Assembly: GCA_021513695.1 (NCBI GenBank)
Contig: CP084166.1
Coordinates: 704,001-768,000, forward strand
Origin: Candidatus Heimdallarchaeum aukensis
Lineage (GTDB): Archaea > Asgardarchaeota > Heimdallarchaeia > Heimdallarchaeales > Heimdallarchaeaceae
Length of the DNA stretch: 64,000 nucleotides
Direction: 5' to 3'
The notes under the pieces were generated by a model. The model was not told where the DNA came from. It did no database searches and saw only the letters and a program-made list of their open reading frames with translations. This document shows, piece by piece, positions 28,710 to 38,429 of the stretch (position 1 is its first letter; every line of letters begins with the position of its first letter). A program made the translations under genes and the position numbers.

Positions 28710-30038
28710 ATGCGTAAAGTAAAGATATCAGTAGTCTCATTATTAATAATTATAATTTCAGCAATTCTTTCAACTAACCAATTAGTTATAGTTGGACAAG
28801 TTGAAGAAGGGAAAAATTCTAGAGATTTAATAATTAATTCTTTCAATGCTACTGCTTCTGATAACTTTTTCAATGAAACAAAGGATCCAAGATATCACTT
28901 AATAACTAAACCCTTAACTCTATTATTTTATCCAAACAAAGGTTATCCTATAATTACTGAATATGACAAACAATTTTCTATTAAAGTTTCAGCTCCAGAA
29001 GAGACTACAGGATGGAATCTGAGTTTGATTTCAGAAACAGCTAACGTTTCGCTAGAAATTCTAAATACAAAGTTTGATTCTGAAAAAAAGAGATGGATCA
29101 TTGAAGTAAAACCAGAACAAGAAATTGAAGGATTATTTGATCTAAAACTTGTTTGCAGTGCAGGTAATGATTATCAAACTCATTCTGTAAAACTTGTGGC
29201 AAAATTTAGTTACCCCTTTTCATTTGTTCAAATAAGTGACAGTCACTTTCCAGGTTATGCTCCAGATATTAACAGTACAGCAATTGACCTTGAAGTAATC
29301 CAAAAAATCAAGGAGTTAAATCCTGATTTTGTAATCCACACGGGAGATGTAATTGATGGCCCAAATACGGTTTTTGTTGATCCTAATACAGGAAAATCAA
29401 TAGCAGCAGAAGTGCAACTTAAACTAGCTCTTTGGGCTTTAGATAAACTCGATGTCCCTGTTTTTATAGTTGCAGGAAACCACGATTTTGAAACAAGTAA
29501 TTTGATTCCAGATAACCCAGAGGAAGTGTGGAACAAATATTTTGGATATGGTCGTATTCAAAATTTCAGTTTTCTAGATTGGGATTTCACGGGATATAGT
29601 GTGTCTTTTGAAGGGTTATCCGATTTCTTTTATTCTTCATTGAGAGAGCATCTAGAACAAAACAGTAATGGTTCTGATGTCTTATATTATCATTATGATT
29701 TCAAAGAGCAAGCAACTAATATTCTAAAGAATTATAACATAGAGATAGCTTTATGGGGGCATGAGCACCGCGAAAGGTTTTACTATTCTCAAGGAACATT
29801 ATATCATTGCCAGGATGCAATGTTTAAGAATCAAGATAGCTATACTCTATTTACAATGGAAAGTGAAAACATTTTTACTGTGAAAGAAGAGACCTTCAAC
29901 ACTTCTACTTTTATAAGAGAAGAAACTGAAAGTCCAACTACTAAAACATCATTTCCTACAATATTATCACTGATTTTTCCTTTCTTTGTAACCACAATCT
30001 ATATGCTTAAAAGAAGAAAAATGTCAAGAAAAACATAG
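28710..30038 (+). CDS. Secreted calcineurin-like metallophosphoesterase with a C-terminal Ser/Thr-rich linker, TM anchor and basic tail
   Basis: It has an N-terminal signal/anchor (VSLLIIIISAILS), metallophosphoesterase motifs (QISDSHF, HTGDVIDG, AGNHDFE, WGHEHRE) and the C-terminal SPTTKTSFPTILSLIFPFFVTTIYMLKRRKMSRKT. Confidence 0.7.
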   Translation: MRKVKISVVSLLIIIISAILSTNQLVIVGQVEEGKNSRDLIINSFNATASDNFFNETKDPRYHLITKPLTLLFYPNKGYPIITEYDKQFSIKVSAPEETTGWNLSLISETANVSLEILNTKFDSEKKRWIIEVKPEQEIEGLFDLKLVCSAGNDYQTHSVKLVAKFSYPFSFVQISDSHFPGYAPDINSTAIDLEVIQKIKELNPDFVIHTGDVIDGPNTVFVDPNTGKSIAAEVQLKLALWALDKLDVPVFIVAGNHDFETSNLIPDNPEEVWNKYFGYGRIQNFSFLDWDFTGYSVSFEGLSDFFYSSLREHLEQNSNGSDVLYYHYDFKEQATNILKNYNIEIALWGHEHRERFYYSQGTLYHCQDAMFKNQDSYTLFTMESENIFTVKEETFNTSTFIREETESPTTKTSFPTILSLIFPFFVTTIYMLKRRKMSRKT

Positions 30039-30114
30039 CGAATAAGTAAAATTAACAACAGCCTTTATTTTTTTTTACTAAGATATAAATATATCAAGGA
30101 CTTTTATTATACAA

Positions 30115-30603
30115 ATGAGTATTGACATCGATTTGAGTCCTCTATCACACCCTTCGACTTTAAAGTTATTTTTATTTGCAAAATCTTGCTATCCTGATGA
30201 TTTTGGAGTGAGAGAAGCTAAAAGAAAATTAGAATTTCATAGCATAAGTAATGTCGCTTGGCACCTAAACAAACTTGAAGAAGCTGGATTAATCGAAAAA
30301 TTACCTTCAAACAGATATAAATTGCTAGAAAATAGTTTAAAAATTAAAGAAATTGAAGTCCCTGTAACACTAACAGCACAACTTATAAAAGATGAAATCA
30401 TTACAAAGAAGGTTTTTCTTTTATCTTTTATGATTACAGCAACAATAGCAACAATAATTGTAATTTTCTTCAACCCTTTAGTTGCAGCATTAAATGGGAT
30501 TTTTCTATTAGTTATTAATTGTGTATTTTATTTGGAAGAATATTTTTCAACTAAAAAACAACTTTCTTTTTACAAATGGAAAGAAAAAAAGAAGAATAAT
30601 TAA
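30115..30603 (+). CDS. Hypothetical winged-helix protein with a C-terminal TM anchor
   Basis: It has a wHTH-like region (ISNVAWHLNKLEEAGLIEKLPSNRYKL) followed by a hydrophobic helix (FLLSFMITATIATIIVIFFNPLVAALNGIFLLVI). Confidence 0.4.
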   Translation: MSIDIDLSPLSHPSTLKLFLFAKSCYPDDFGVREAKRKLEFHSISNVAWHLNKLEEAGLIEKLPSNRYKLLENSLKIKEIEVPVTLTAQLIKDEIITKKVFLLSFMITATIATIIVIFFNPLVAALNGIFLLVINCVFYLEEYFSTKKQLSFYKWKEKKKNN

Positions 30604-30698
30604 GAAAAACCTTCTAGAAGAACTGTACTAGGTATTGAACACGAGTGTTCTTGTTCTAGTTTTATAAGTATAGAAAAATAATACTAAATTAGATTAAA

Positions 30699-32972
30699 AT
30701 GAAATTCAGAAATCCGATTTTAACTGGAATTATAATAGCACTAATAATAAGTGCTTTTTCAATAGGAGGGTTTCTTATTATAAGAAATACCTCTCCAGGG
30801 TTGATTGGACCAGGAGAAAATATTCAACAACAAATACCATTAGCTATCAATACTACTTTCGCAACTTATAATTTACAAGGATTGAATTATTCTCCCTCTA
30901 TAGTTCCAACAAAAATTAAGAGTGGGCTTTCAAATGTTGATCTTCAAGGATTAAAGGATGAACTGACATCAGATATAATTAAAGATTTAGAAGAATATGG
31001 TTTTGCTCTAGTGGACAAAGGAATAGAAGATATTTATGAACCTGTGGACTTCGATATGAATATCGAGACCCCTATGTATGTTAGTACTGATCTATGTTTA
31101 CACACTCTTCATTCACTATTCGATAACTACTTGCGTATTCTTGAGTATCAATATTTTAACGAATATTTTACAAGTATGGTAAAGGCATTAAGAGACAAAC
31201 AGATAGTAATATACGATGGTACTTCTGTCGAACAGTCTCTTAAGCCTATCTTAGAAAAGAATATTGCATATTTATCTGTAATCCTTAAGCTGTTGGATAA
31301 TGAAACATCTATACCAGATTATGTAGAAGATATAGTTAATGCAGAGTTAGAAAATATTAACTTAGGAATACCTGCTTACTCTTCTATTTTTGGCTATTTA
31401 GAAGACTTTTCGCAATACAAACCTAGAGGACATTATACCAGAAATGAAAAATTAGCAAGTTATTTCCAAGGAATGATGTATGCAGGAAGAATGAAATTCC
31501 TTTTAGATGACAAGACAGAAGAAAACACTTTAGGAATTGAGCAAACGAAGATGGCTTTATTATTGGTTTACACTCTTTCTGCAGAGTTAGACAATCAAGT
31601 TATATGGGATTACTGGGATAAAATTGTTAGAACAACTAGTTTTCTTGTAGGAATAAGCGATGATCTTACACCAAAGGAATATTATGAAGTGTGGTTAAAC
31701 CAGACAGATGGAAATATTGAACTATCTGCACTAACAGACGAAGATTTTGTAAAAGAGATTATAGTAGAATTGCAAAAACTACGTGCACCAAAGATAAATT
31801 CAAGGATCACAGCAGCTTTTGAAGGCGAAGAAAGCTCTGAAAAAGGAATGAGTTTGTTTGGACAAAGCTATACCCCTGACGCATATATTTTCCAAGAACT
31901 AGTATATGATAATTTACCTAATCGAATGTTTCCAAAAGGTTTAGATATTTTCTCTGTGTTTGGAAGTGAAAGAGCAGAATACCATCTAGAAGCAGAAAAG
32001 GAATATGAAGGATACGAAGAAAAAATAATTAAACTACGCAATGAATTCGGTAATTTATCTTTTAGCGACTGGACACAGAATTTTTACTGGCAATGGCTTT
32101 TTTCCTTACTTCCTTTACTTGAAGAGAAAGGAGAGGGATATCCGGGCTACATGCAAAGTGATGCTTGGACAGATAAATCATTAATGACAGCTTTAGCTTC
32201 ATGGGCAGAATTAAAACACGATACCATACTTTATGCGAAACAGGCCTATGCAGCAAAAGTTTCATTACCTGAAGGAGTATACAATTACGTTGAACCTTAT
32301 CCTGAGATATATTCAAGGATTGCAGCAACTATATCTATGCTGAAAGAAGGATTAGAAAAAAGAGGTTTGTTATACTCTGACGAATACAACGACTTTGAAA
32401 CAAAATTCGATGAATTAATCACTATTATGAATAACTTAACAGCTATCAGTATAAAAGAACTTGAAAATCAGCAAATTACAGAATATGAACAATACTTTAT
32501 ACAAAGAACAGGAAAAAGTTTACTGTACATCTCAGTTATTAATGGAAAAACAGGCGATGAACTTACTACAGAAACTGATAAACGCACTGCAATTATTGCA
32601 GATGTTTTTACAGAACCAAATAGCGGACAAGTTCTAGAAGTTGGAATAGGTAACCCATACTTAATTTATGTTGTTGTTCAAGATCACAGAGGAAAACTAT
32701 ACCTTACCAGAGGAGTAACCTTTTCTTACTATGAGTTCAAACAACCTATGTCTAACAGATTAACAGACGAGGAATGGCAAGAAATGTTAGAAACTTCTCC
32801 TCCAGATTTGCCTGAATGGATAAAAGAAAATTTGCCTATTGTTCAAATCGAAGACAATGAAGTGCAAGTTAAACAATTGGTCCTACAAGCATCAGATAAT
32901 CAAATAAAGATAAAAAAAGTTAGAAATCAAGGAGATAATTATTGGAATTATGCTATAAAAAGGCACGACTGA
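30699..32972 (+). CDS. Large N-terminally anchored extracytoplasmic protein (tentatively DUF3160-like)
   Basis: The 757-aa product has an N-terminal TM or signal (ILTGIIIALIISAFSIGGFLII) and a conserved-looking YKPRGHYTRNEKLASYFQGMMYAGR block. The family assignment comes from memory only. Confidence 0.45.
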   Translation: MKFRNPILTGIIIALIISAFSIGGFLIIRNTSPGLIGPGENIQQQIPLAINTTFATYNLQGLNYSPSIVPTKIKSGLSNVDLQGLKDELTSDIIKDLEEYGFALVDKGIEDIYEPVDFDMNIETPMYVSTDLCLHTLHSLFDNYLRILEYQYFNEYFTSMVKALRDKQIVIYDGTSVEQSLKPILEKNIAYLSVILKLLDNETSIPDYVEDIVNAELENINLGIPAYSSIFGYLEDFSQYKPRGHYTRNEKLASYFQGMMYAGRMKFLLDDKTEENTLGIEQTKMALLLVYTLSAELDNQVIWDYWDKIVRTTSFLVGISDDLTPKEYYEVWLNQTDGNIELSALTDEDFVKEIIVELQKLRAPKINSRITAAFEGEESSEKGMSLFGQSYTPDAYIFQELVYDNLPNRMFPKGLDIFSVFGSERAEYHLEAEKEYEGYEEKIIKLRNEFGNLSFSDWTQNFYWQWLFSLLPLLEEKGEGYPGYMQSDAWTDKSLMTALASWAELKHDTILYAKQAYAAKVSLPEGVYNYVEPYPEIYSRIAATISMLKEGLEKRGLLYSDEYNDFETKFDELITIMNNLTAISIKELENQQITEYEQYFIQRTGKSLLYISVINGKTGDELTTETDKRTAIIADVFTEPNSGQVLEVGIGNPYLIYVVVQDHRGKLYLTRGVTFSYYEFKQPMSNRLTDEEWQEMLETSPPDLPEWIKENLPIVQIEDNEVQVKQLVLQASDNQIKIKKVRNQGDNYWNYAIKRHD

Positions 32973-33471
32973 AATCACCCAAGGGGTCAGTGATTCCTTC
33001 AGATTTTCTAACTACAATAACCATTTTTTTTATCCCCATTTCCTCGACTTTTTGAATTTTATCTTTTATATCATCTAAAAAGCCTATAAATTGATTGTTC
33101 AGAATTTCCTCTTTAGTTTTTCTTTTTTCTTCAGGAACTCTCTTATTGATTTTTTCTATTAATTTATCCAATGATTCTTGACTATTTACCAAAGTGATTG
33201 TGTTGAATAATGATACCTCAAATTCTTTTGGGTCTCTGTCGTAATGCTCTAATCTCTCATTTATGTACTGGACTTTTTCTTCTAGCTCTGTAAGAAGAAT
33301 ATAAGGGAGATTTAGTCCATCTGCTTCTCTACAAGCAATATTAATCATTCTTTTTCCAGAAGAACCGAGAACGATTTGAGGATAAGGTTTCTGAATAGGT
33401 TTAGGAAAATTTCTATTACGCTCAAGTTTCCAGAATTTACCGCTAAAATCAGTAACATCTTCAGTAAACAA
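32953..33471 (-). pseudogene. C-terminal fragment of a luciferase-like (LLM/F420-dependent-type) flavin oxidoreductase; the N-terminal half is absent
   Basis: The sequence FTEDVTDFSGKFWKLERNRNFPKPIQKPYPQIVLGSSGKRMINIACREADGLN resembles the C-terminal subdomain of the LLM family. Only about 150 nt lie upstream before the next gene, and there is no ORF that could encode the N-terminal TIM-barrel half. Confidence 0.45.
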
Positions 33472-33618
33472 TTTTTTATAAATTGTGAGTGATTCTTCTA
33501 ACTGATCGACTCTCTCTTTTGGTGAAGGAAAAACATTTAAATAATTTCGTTTACTTAGTTACTATATGAAAATAAAAAAAAACATATAAAAGAACTAACA
33601 ATATTATTTAGTTTATTT

Positions 33619-35271
33619 TTGAGTTCAAGTTTAATATCTGCGGATACAGCACCCATTTTTTTCGACATAACAATCATTTCTCCCAACACTTGTCCAGCGC
33701 GAAACCAATGGGAACCTCTATTAGATCAGATCTTACCCCAAATAGGAATAAATGTTACTCATGTATATATTAACTGGGGCTTTATCTCTGAAAGAACATG
33801 GAATTATCCAGTAGGTGAAGAAGGATATGAAGATCATATACCATCCTATGAAAAAGGAGGATACGACATACTTACAATTGGATGGGGGTGGGATTTTGAT
33901 TGGGATCCAACAGGATTATTCGATTCAGCTTCAATTGTCCCAAATGGAGATAACTTTTACCAGTATAACAGTTCAGAATTTGACAATACTCTAGAAGAAT
34001 ATTTATCAGAATTTGAACTCTCAAAAAGAATAGAAAAAGCAAAGGAGCTTCAATCAATATTATATAATGATTTACCTTCAATTGCTGTTTTCTATCCTCG
34101 AGAAAAGAGTTTCTACTTACATGGTGTCTCCAATGTTGATTTTGAATTACTAGAACAGGGTATTCCCAGAACAGAATATTGGAAAAACAGTGAAAAGAAT
34201 AATATAACATATATGACATATTATGATTTTTATTCTCCTAACTTGTTTCTAAAAGATAATTATATTGAAGAAATAATGGGTAATATTATTTTTTATGGAC
34301 TTTTTGAGAGAGCACAAAATACACATTTGTATGAACCAGTTATTGCTCAGAATTATTCTATATCAGAAGATAAGAGAATTATCACTGTTGATATTAACCA
34401 TGGCGCTTATTTTAGTAATGGAGATCCTGTAACTGCTTATGATGTAGATTTTAGTTATGAGCTGTTTATGACACCTGGAGTACGTGATTACCTTTATTCA
34501 TATTACAATACTTATGATTTACTAACAACATACTTTGAGAACAATGATAGTATTCGAGTTATAGATGAGGATACTGTTCAATTCGAATTCAAAGAACCTT
34601 ACATTTTCTGGCCATACTTATTAAGTATGGATATTGTAAACAAGAAGTTATTTGAAGAATATATTGAAGATAATGGTTACAACTTTGATACCAATAATCA
34701 AACATTGTTTATTGGAGCAGGTCCATTCACTTTAAATGAAACTACAGATTATAATTTAGAAAATCAAACAGTAACTTTACATAAAAATGAATACTGGAAA
34801 TTAACTGAGAAAATCAATCTTGATTCTATTATCTTTCAATGTAAAATCTATAGTAACGATGCAACAGATAAAATTGAAAATAAAGAAATAGATATTATTG
34901 ATGATCTTTACAGATATTTAGATATTCTAGTAAACAACACAGAGTGGGAAAGCACAGAAATTAGAACAACAGGATACACAGAATTAACGATCAACATGCG
35001 CCATCCAATTTTAGGAACAGGAGAACTTACACCTCTCGGAACTGCAGAAGCAGCTAATAATATCAGAAGAGCAATAAGCCATTCTATAAATAGAGAACAA
35101 ATTATAGAAGAAGTGTTAGAAGGGCTGGGTAAACCAGGAGTTGTACCTTTATCAGAATTGTGTATAGGTTTTGATAGTACTCTTACACCTTACTCCTACA
35201 ATATCACATTAGCTAAATCTTTAATGGAAGAAGCAGGATACAGTTTGAGCATATCATTAAAAAAGCTGTAA
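33619..35271 (+). CDS. Extracellular solute-binding protein family 5 (oligopeptide/Ni-type SBP), apparently circularly permuted; true start probably ATG 33566 after a +1 correction in an A9 run
   Basis: Residues about 20-200 match the normally C-terminal SBP5 hallmark (GGYDILTIGWGWDFDWDPTGLF...YQYNSSEFDNTLEEY...KELQSILYNDLPSIAVFYP). Residues about 230-550 match the normally N-terminal part (FYGLFER...PVIAQNYSISEDKRIITVDINHGAYFSNGDPVTAYDVDFS; IGAGPFTLNE; LHKNEYWK; IRRAISHSINREQIIEEVLEGLGKPGVVPL; AKSLMEEAGY). Upstream in frame from the stop at 33556 the sequence reads KKKHIKELTILFSLFLSSSLISADTAP. Inserting one A into the A9 run at 33573-33581 brings ATG 33566 into frame and gives a textbook signal peptide, MKIKKKHIKELTILFSLFLSSSLISA|D. 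Confidence 0.65.
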   Translation: MSSSLISADTAPIFFDITIISPNTCPARNQWEPLLDQILPQIGINVTHVYINWGFISERTWNYPVGEEGYEDHIPSYEKGGYDILTIGWGWDFDWDPTGLFDSASIVPNGDNFYQYNSSEFDNTLEEYLSEFELSKRIEKAKELQSILYNDLPSIAVFYPREKSFYLHGVSNVDFELLEQGIPRTEYWKNSEKNNITYMTYYDFYSPNLFLKDNYIEEIMGNIIFYGLFERAQNTHLYEPVIAQNYSISEDKRIITVDINHGAYFSNGDPVTAYDVDFSYELFMTPGVRDYLYSYYNTYDLLTTYFENNDSIRVIDEDTVQFEFKEPYIFWPYLLSMDIVNKKLFEEYIEDNGYNFDTNNQTLFIGAGPFTLNETTDYNLENQTVTLHKNEYWKLTEKINLDSIIFQCKIYSNDATDKIENKEIDIIDDLYRYLDILVNNTEWESTEIRTTGYTELTINMRHPILGTGELTPLGTAEAANNIRRAISHSINREQIIEEVLEGLGKPGVVPLSELCIGFDSTLTPYSYNITLAKSLMEEAGYSLSISLKKL

Positions 35272-35701
35272 CTGCTCCTGAATTATAGCCTTTGACCTTT
35301 TTCTGAAATACTAAAAGGTGCCCAACTATATTTACAACGTTAAAAATAATCATTGCAAATCCAAGCCAAGGAGCAATAGAACTAATCAATGCAGCAAAAA
35401 CAAAAATAGCCCAAACACCCAAATTTATCACAACCACCACAACATCATTTATAGGTTCAAAACCAGAAGAATCTTCAACAGCAAAAACAGTTTTATAATT
35501 AATAAATTGTTTAAAACCACCAGGAAAAACATATTCTTCAAATTCGTGAAGCATTAAAACTGCTAAATTCAGCCAATAAAGTAAAGAGAGCTTGTTGGTA
35601 AGACTGCAATTTTTCCAAAGAAAAATAACTATAAAAATAATAACGATTGCAAAAAATCCTCCCACCTTTGGCCAAATTGTGTTAAATTTTTTAAGTTTCA
35701 T
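35213..35701 (-). CDS. HXXEE-motif membrane protein
   Basis: It has LHEFEEYVFPGGF (HxxEE) and about 4 TM helices. It overlaps the 3' end of the convergent SBP gene by about 59 nt, so the real start may be internal. Confidence 0.45.
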   Translation of the reverse strand: MKLKKFNTIWPKVGGFFAIVIIFIVIFLWKNCSLTNKLSLLYWLNLAVLMLHEFEEYVFPGGFKQFINYKTVFAVEDSSGFEPINDVVVVVINLGVWAIFVFAALISSIAPWLGFAMIIFNVVNIVGHLLVFQKKVKGYNSGAVTAFLMICSNCILLLPLKI

Positions 35702-35932
35702 GAGGATTTTAATAAAAAAGGTTATTTAAAGATTCTTTATTAAAAAATAATTTTGTAATTTGCAAAGCCGTAGTGCTTGAATCAACACTAATTAGGAGTT
35801 CAAAAAAACCATAAATATTTTTCTAAAAATCGCTACTATAAGAGTGCAAGTTGAGAAATAGGAGAAAAACAGTTAATAAAATATTTTTTTTATTTAACAG
35901 TTTAAAAAAAGAAAAATAAGAAATTAAAAAAA

Positions 35933-37750
35933 TTATAATCTTCTCTTAAAGAAGTCTAAAAATAATTTTAGAGTTCTAATCCTCATACTTATATCAGAAT
36001 ATGCACCATGCCCCTCTTCTTTAAATTCAACATATTCAAAGGTTTTTTCTCCTTCTTTACCTTCTTTCCAGCCTAATTCAATAAGTTTGTCTCTGAATTG
36101 TCTACTCTCATCTACAGGACATCTAGGATCGTTTACACCATGAATCATTTGAATTGGAGCTTTGATTTTCTCGATATGTGTCAAAGCTGATCTATCTTCC
36201 CATAATTCTTTATTCTCTTCGTATGTTCCCATGTGTTGATTAAGGAAAAACTTGAAATGTGGTTGAGATTTATCATACATTGTTTTTAGATGTGATATAC
36301 CTATCCAAGCTGAACCTGCTTTCCATCCTGCGTCCGCATATTTTGTTAATTGCAAGAAAGTCATATATCCTCCATAAGAACCACCGAAAACACCTATTCT
36401 TTCATGGTCAACGTATTCTAGTTTTTCTAGGTATTTTTTGGCGTATACAACATCTTTTGCATCTCCTCCACCCCAATCCATTAGGTTCATTTCTTGAAAC
36501 TTCTTTCCATAACCTGTACTTCCTCTGATATTCGGGCATAGAATAACAAATCCTTCGTGGGCAAATACTTGAGACATTATATCAAACATTCTGTAGTATT
36601 GACCAGTAGGTCCTCCATGAACATGTACTAAAGCAGGATATTTCTTTCCCTTTTCTATCTTTGGAGTAGTAAGAGTAGCAGCTATTTCCATTCCATCAAA
36701 GGAAGGATACTTGATATATTGCATGTCATAAAAGTCTTCTTCAGTAAGATCAGTTTGAGGAGGAATAATTATTTTTTCTTCGTCAGTCTCTAAATTATAC
36801 ATTGCTAGGCTTGTAGGCATTTTGGGTGCACTTCTAAGATAAATCAGATATTTATCGTTTAGAGCAAACTGAGTATAGTAAGCTATTCCTTCAAAGTCTA
36901 GTTCTTTTTTGTCTCCAGTCTCTAAATCGTAAATTATAGGTCTCATTTCTGCTTCTTTATTTTGAAGAACTGCTAGTTTCTTTCCATCCTTAGAAAATTC
37001 AACGGCGAACTCTTCATATTTTCCATCACTTAACCATTTTACTTCTTTTGTTTCTGTGTCAAATACTCCTGCTTGGCTTACACCTGTACTGTCGCTTGTA
37101 ACCGCTAGATACCGGCCATCTTCAGAAATATCAGAGAACTGATCATTTGAAACATCTGAAACTCTAAATACTAAATCAGTTTCACTTCCATCAGCTTTAA
37201 TAGCCCAAACATCAGAATTTTTTATATTATAGGTATCATTAAAATTGTAATAAATCCAACCATTTTTACTCCAGCTAGCTTTTCCCCAAGTAGGTTTATC
37301 ATGAGCTGTAAGTTGCTTGACCTCTTTACTATCTAAATCCATAATGAACAAGTTAAGTTGTCCATTTCTCGTAGAAGCAAAAAGAAGACTTTTTCCATCA
37401 GGACTTATTGCATGAGGATATTCTTGCGCTTCTGGAGTTTCAGTTAATTTAATACTCTCTTTTGTTTCTATGTTAAATAGGAAAATATCATGCATTTCAT
37501 TTCCATCTTTGTCTCTGGTATAGGTAATATGTTTACTATCTTTTAACCATACATACCCTGCGCGTATGGCTCGAGGAAGTTCTCCATCTGTAACTTGTTT
37601 ATAATCTAATGATTTTAAATCTAAAATATAAAATTCATTTCTTTTTGTTTTATTCCAATAAAATCCAAGCAAATTTTTTTCTTTATTTGTTTTTAACATC
37701 ATCATGCTTGGTATTGAAGCTAACTTTTCTACCGTAATTTTCTTGGTCAT
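35933..37750 (-). CDS. S9 family serine peptidase (prolyl oligopeptidase/acylaminoacyl-peptidase-like) with N-terminal beta-propeller
   Basis: The C-terminal alpha/beta-hydrolase domain has the nucleophile GGSYGGYMT, Asp in HGVNDPRCP and His in EGHGA. The N-terminal ~330 aa are propeller-like. Confidence 0.8.
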   Translation of the reverse strand: MTKKITVEKLASIPSMMMLKTNKEKNLLGFYWNKTKRNEFYILDLKSLDYKQVTDGELPRAIRAGYVWLKDSKHITYTRDKDGNEMHDIFLFNIETKESIKLTETPEAQEYPHAISPDGKSLLFASTRNGQLNLFIMDLDSKEVKQLTAHDKPTWGKASWSKNGWIYYNFNDTYNIKNSDVWAIKADGSETDLVFRVSDVSNDQFSDISEDGRYLAVTSDSTGVSQAGVFDTETKEVKWLSDGKYEEFAVEFSKDGKKLAVLQNKEAEMRPIIYDLETGDKKELDFEGIAYYTQFALNDKYLIYLRSAPKMPTSLAMYNLETDEEKIIIPPQTDLTEEDFYDMQYIKYPSFDGMEIAATLTTPKIEKGKKYPALVHVHGGPTGQYYRMFDIMSQVFAHEGFVILCPNIRGSTGYGKKFQEMNLMDWGGGDAKDVVYAKKYLEKLEYVDHERIGVFGGSYGGYMTFLQLTKYADAGWKAGSAWIGISHLKTMYDKSQPHFKFFLNQHMGTYEENKELWEDRSALTHIEKIKAPIQMIHGVNDPRCPVDESRQFRDKLIELGWKEGKEGEKTFEYVEFKEEGHGAYSDISMRIRTLKLFLDFFKRRL

Positions 37751-37875
37751 TTCTACACCTTGTTAAAATATTTTTTTTAACCTTAATTCTCCTTTAATAC
37801 TTATATATTTTAGCTTTTAACTATAAAATTTTGAAAAATAGGAATATTATTAAAAAAGAAATCCTTCTTTAAATT

Positions 37876-38397
37876 ATGAATTATGAGGATATGGTTCTTA
37901 AAGCTAGAGAAGAAAAAGATAAGTTCTTTAGAAGTCATCCTTATTCGCCCTTAACAACTGAACAAAAAAGGAATTTCAAAGGGTTGAATTATTTTGAACC
38001 AGACATTTCCTACAGATACGAAGTTGAAATTAAAAAATATGAAGATCAAAGGAAAGTTTCTATTCGAACTTCAAAAGGTACTGTTCAAGATTACATCAGA
38101 TGGGGATTTATCGAATTCGAAAGAGATGGCAAAATAAATATTTTAAGCGTTTTTAAACAAGAAGGAGAAAATTATTTTTTCATTCCTTTTAAAGATAAAA
38201 CCACCGGAAAGGAGACCTATTCTGCAGGTCGATATATAGAAGTAGAGGATCTAGGTGATAACATATACTTGCTAGATTTCAATTTTGCTTACAATCCTTA
38301 TTGTGCTTACAATGATAATTGGGTTTGTCCATTAACACCTTTTGAAAATACTTTAGAAATAGCAATTGAAGCAGGAGAAAAAAAGTTTCACGAATAA
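37876..38397 (+). CDS. DUF1684 family protein
   Basis: The C-terminal motif FNFAYNPYCAYNDNWVCPLTP is characteristic of the family. Confidence 0.55.
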   Translation: MNYEDMVLKAREEKDKFFRSHPYSPLTTEQKRNFKGLNYFEPDISYRYEVEIKKYEDQRKVSIRTSKGTVQDYIRWGFIEFERDGKINILSVFKQEGENYFFIPFKDKTTGKETYSAGRYIEVEDLGDNIYLLDFNFAYNPYCAYNDNWVCPLTPFENTLEIAIEAGEKKFHE

Positions 38398-38428
38398 AAT
38401 AAAAAAAAGTTAAAAAACTTAAAGATTA
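38398..38428 (-). terminator. Oligo-T tracts (minus strand) after the serA-like stop
   Basis: The plus strand reads aataaaaaaaagttaaaaaac, so the minus strand carries T8 and T6 runs directly downstream of the stop at 38430. Confidence 0.3.
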
Positions 38429-38429
38429 A

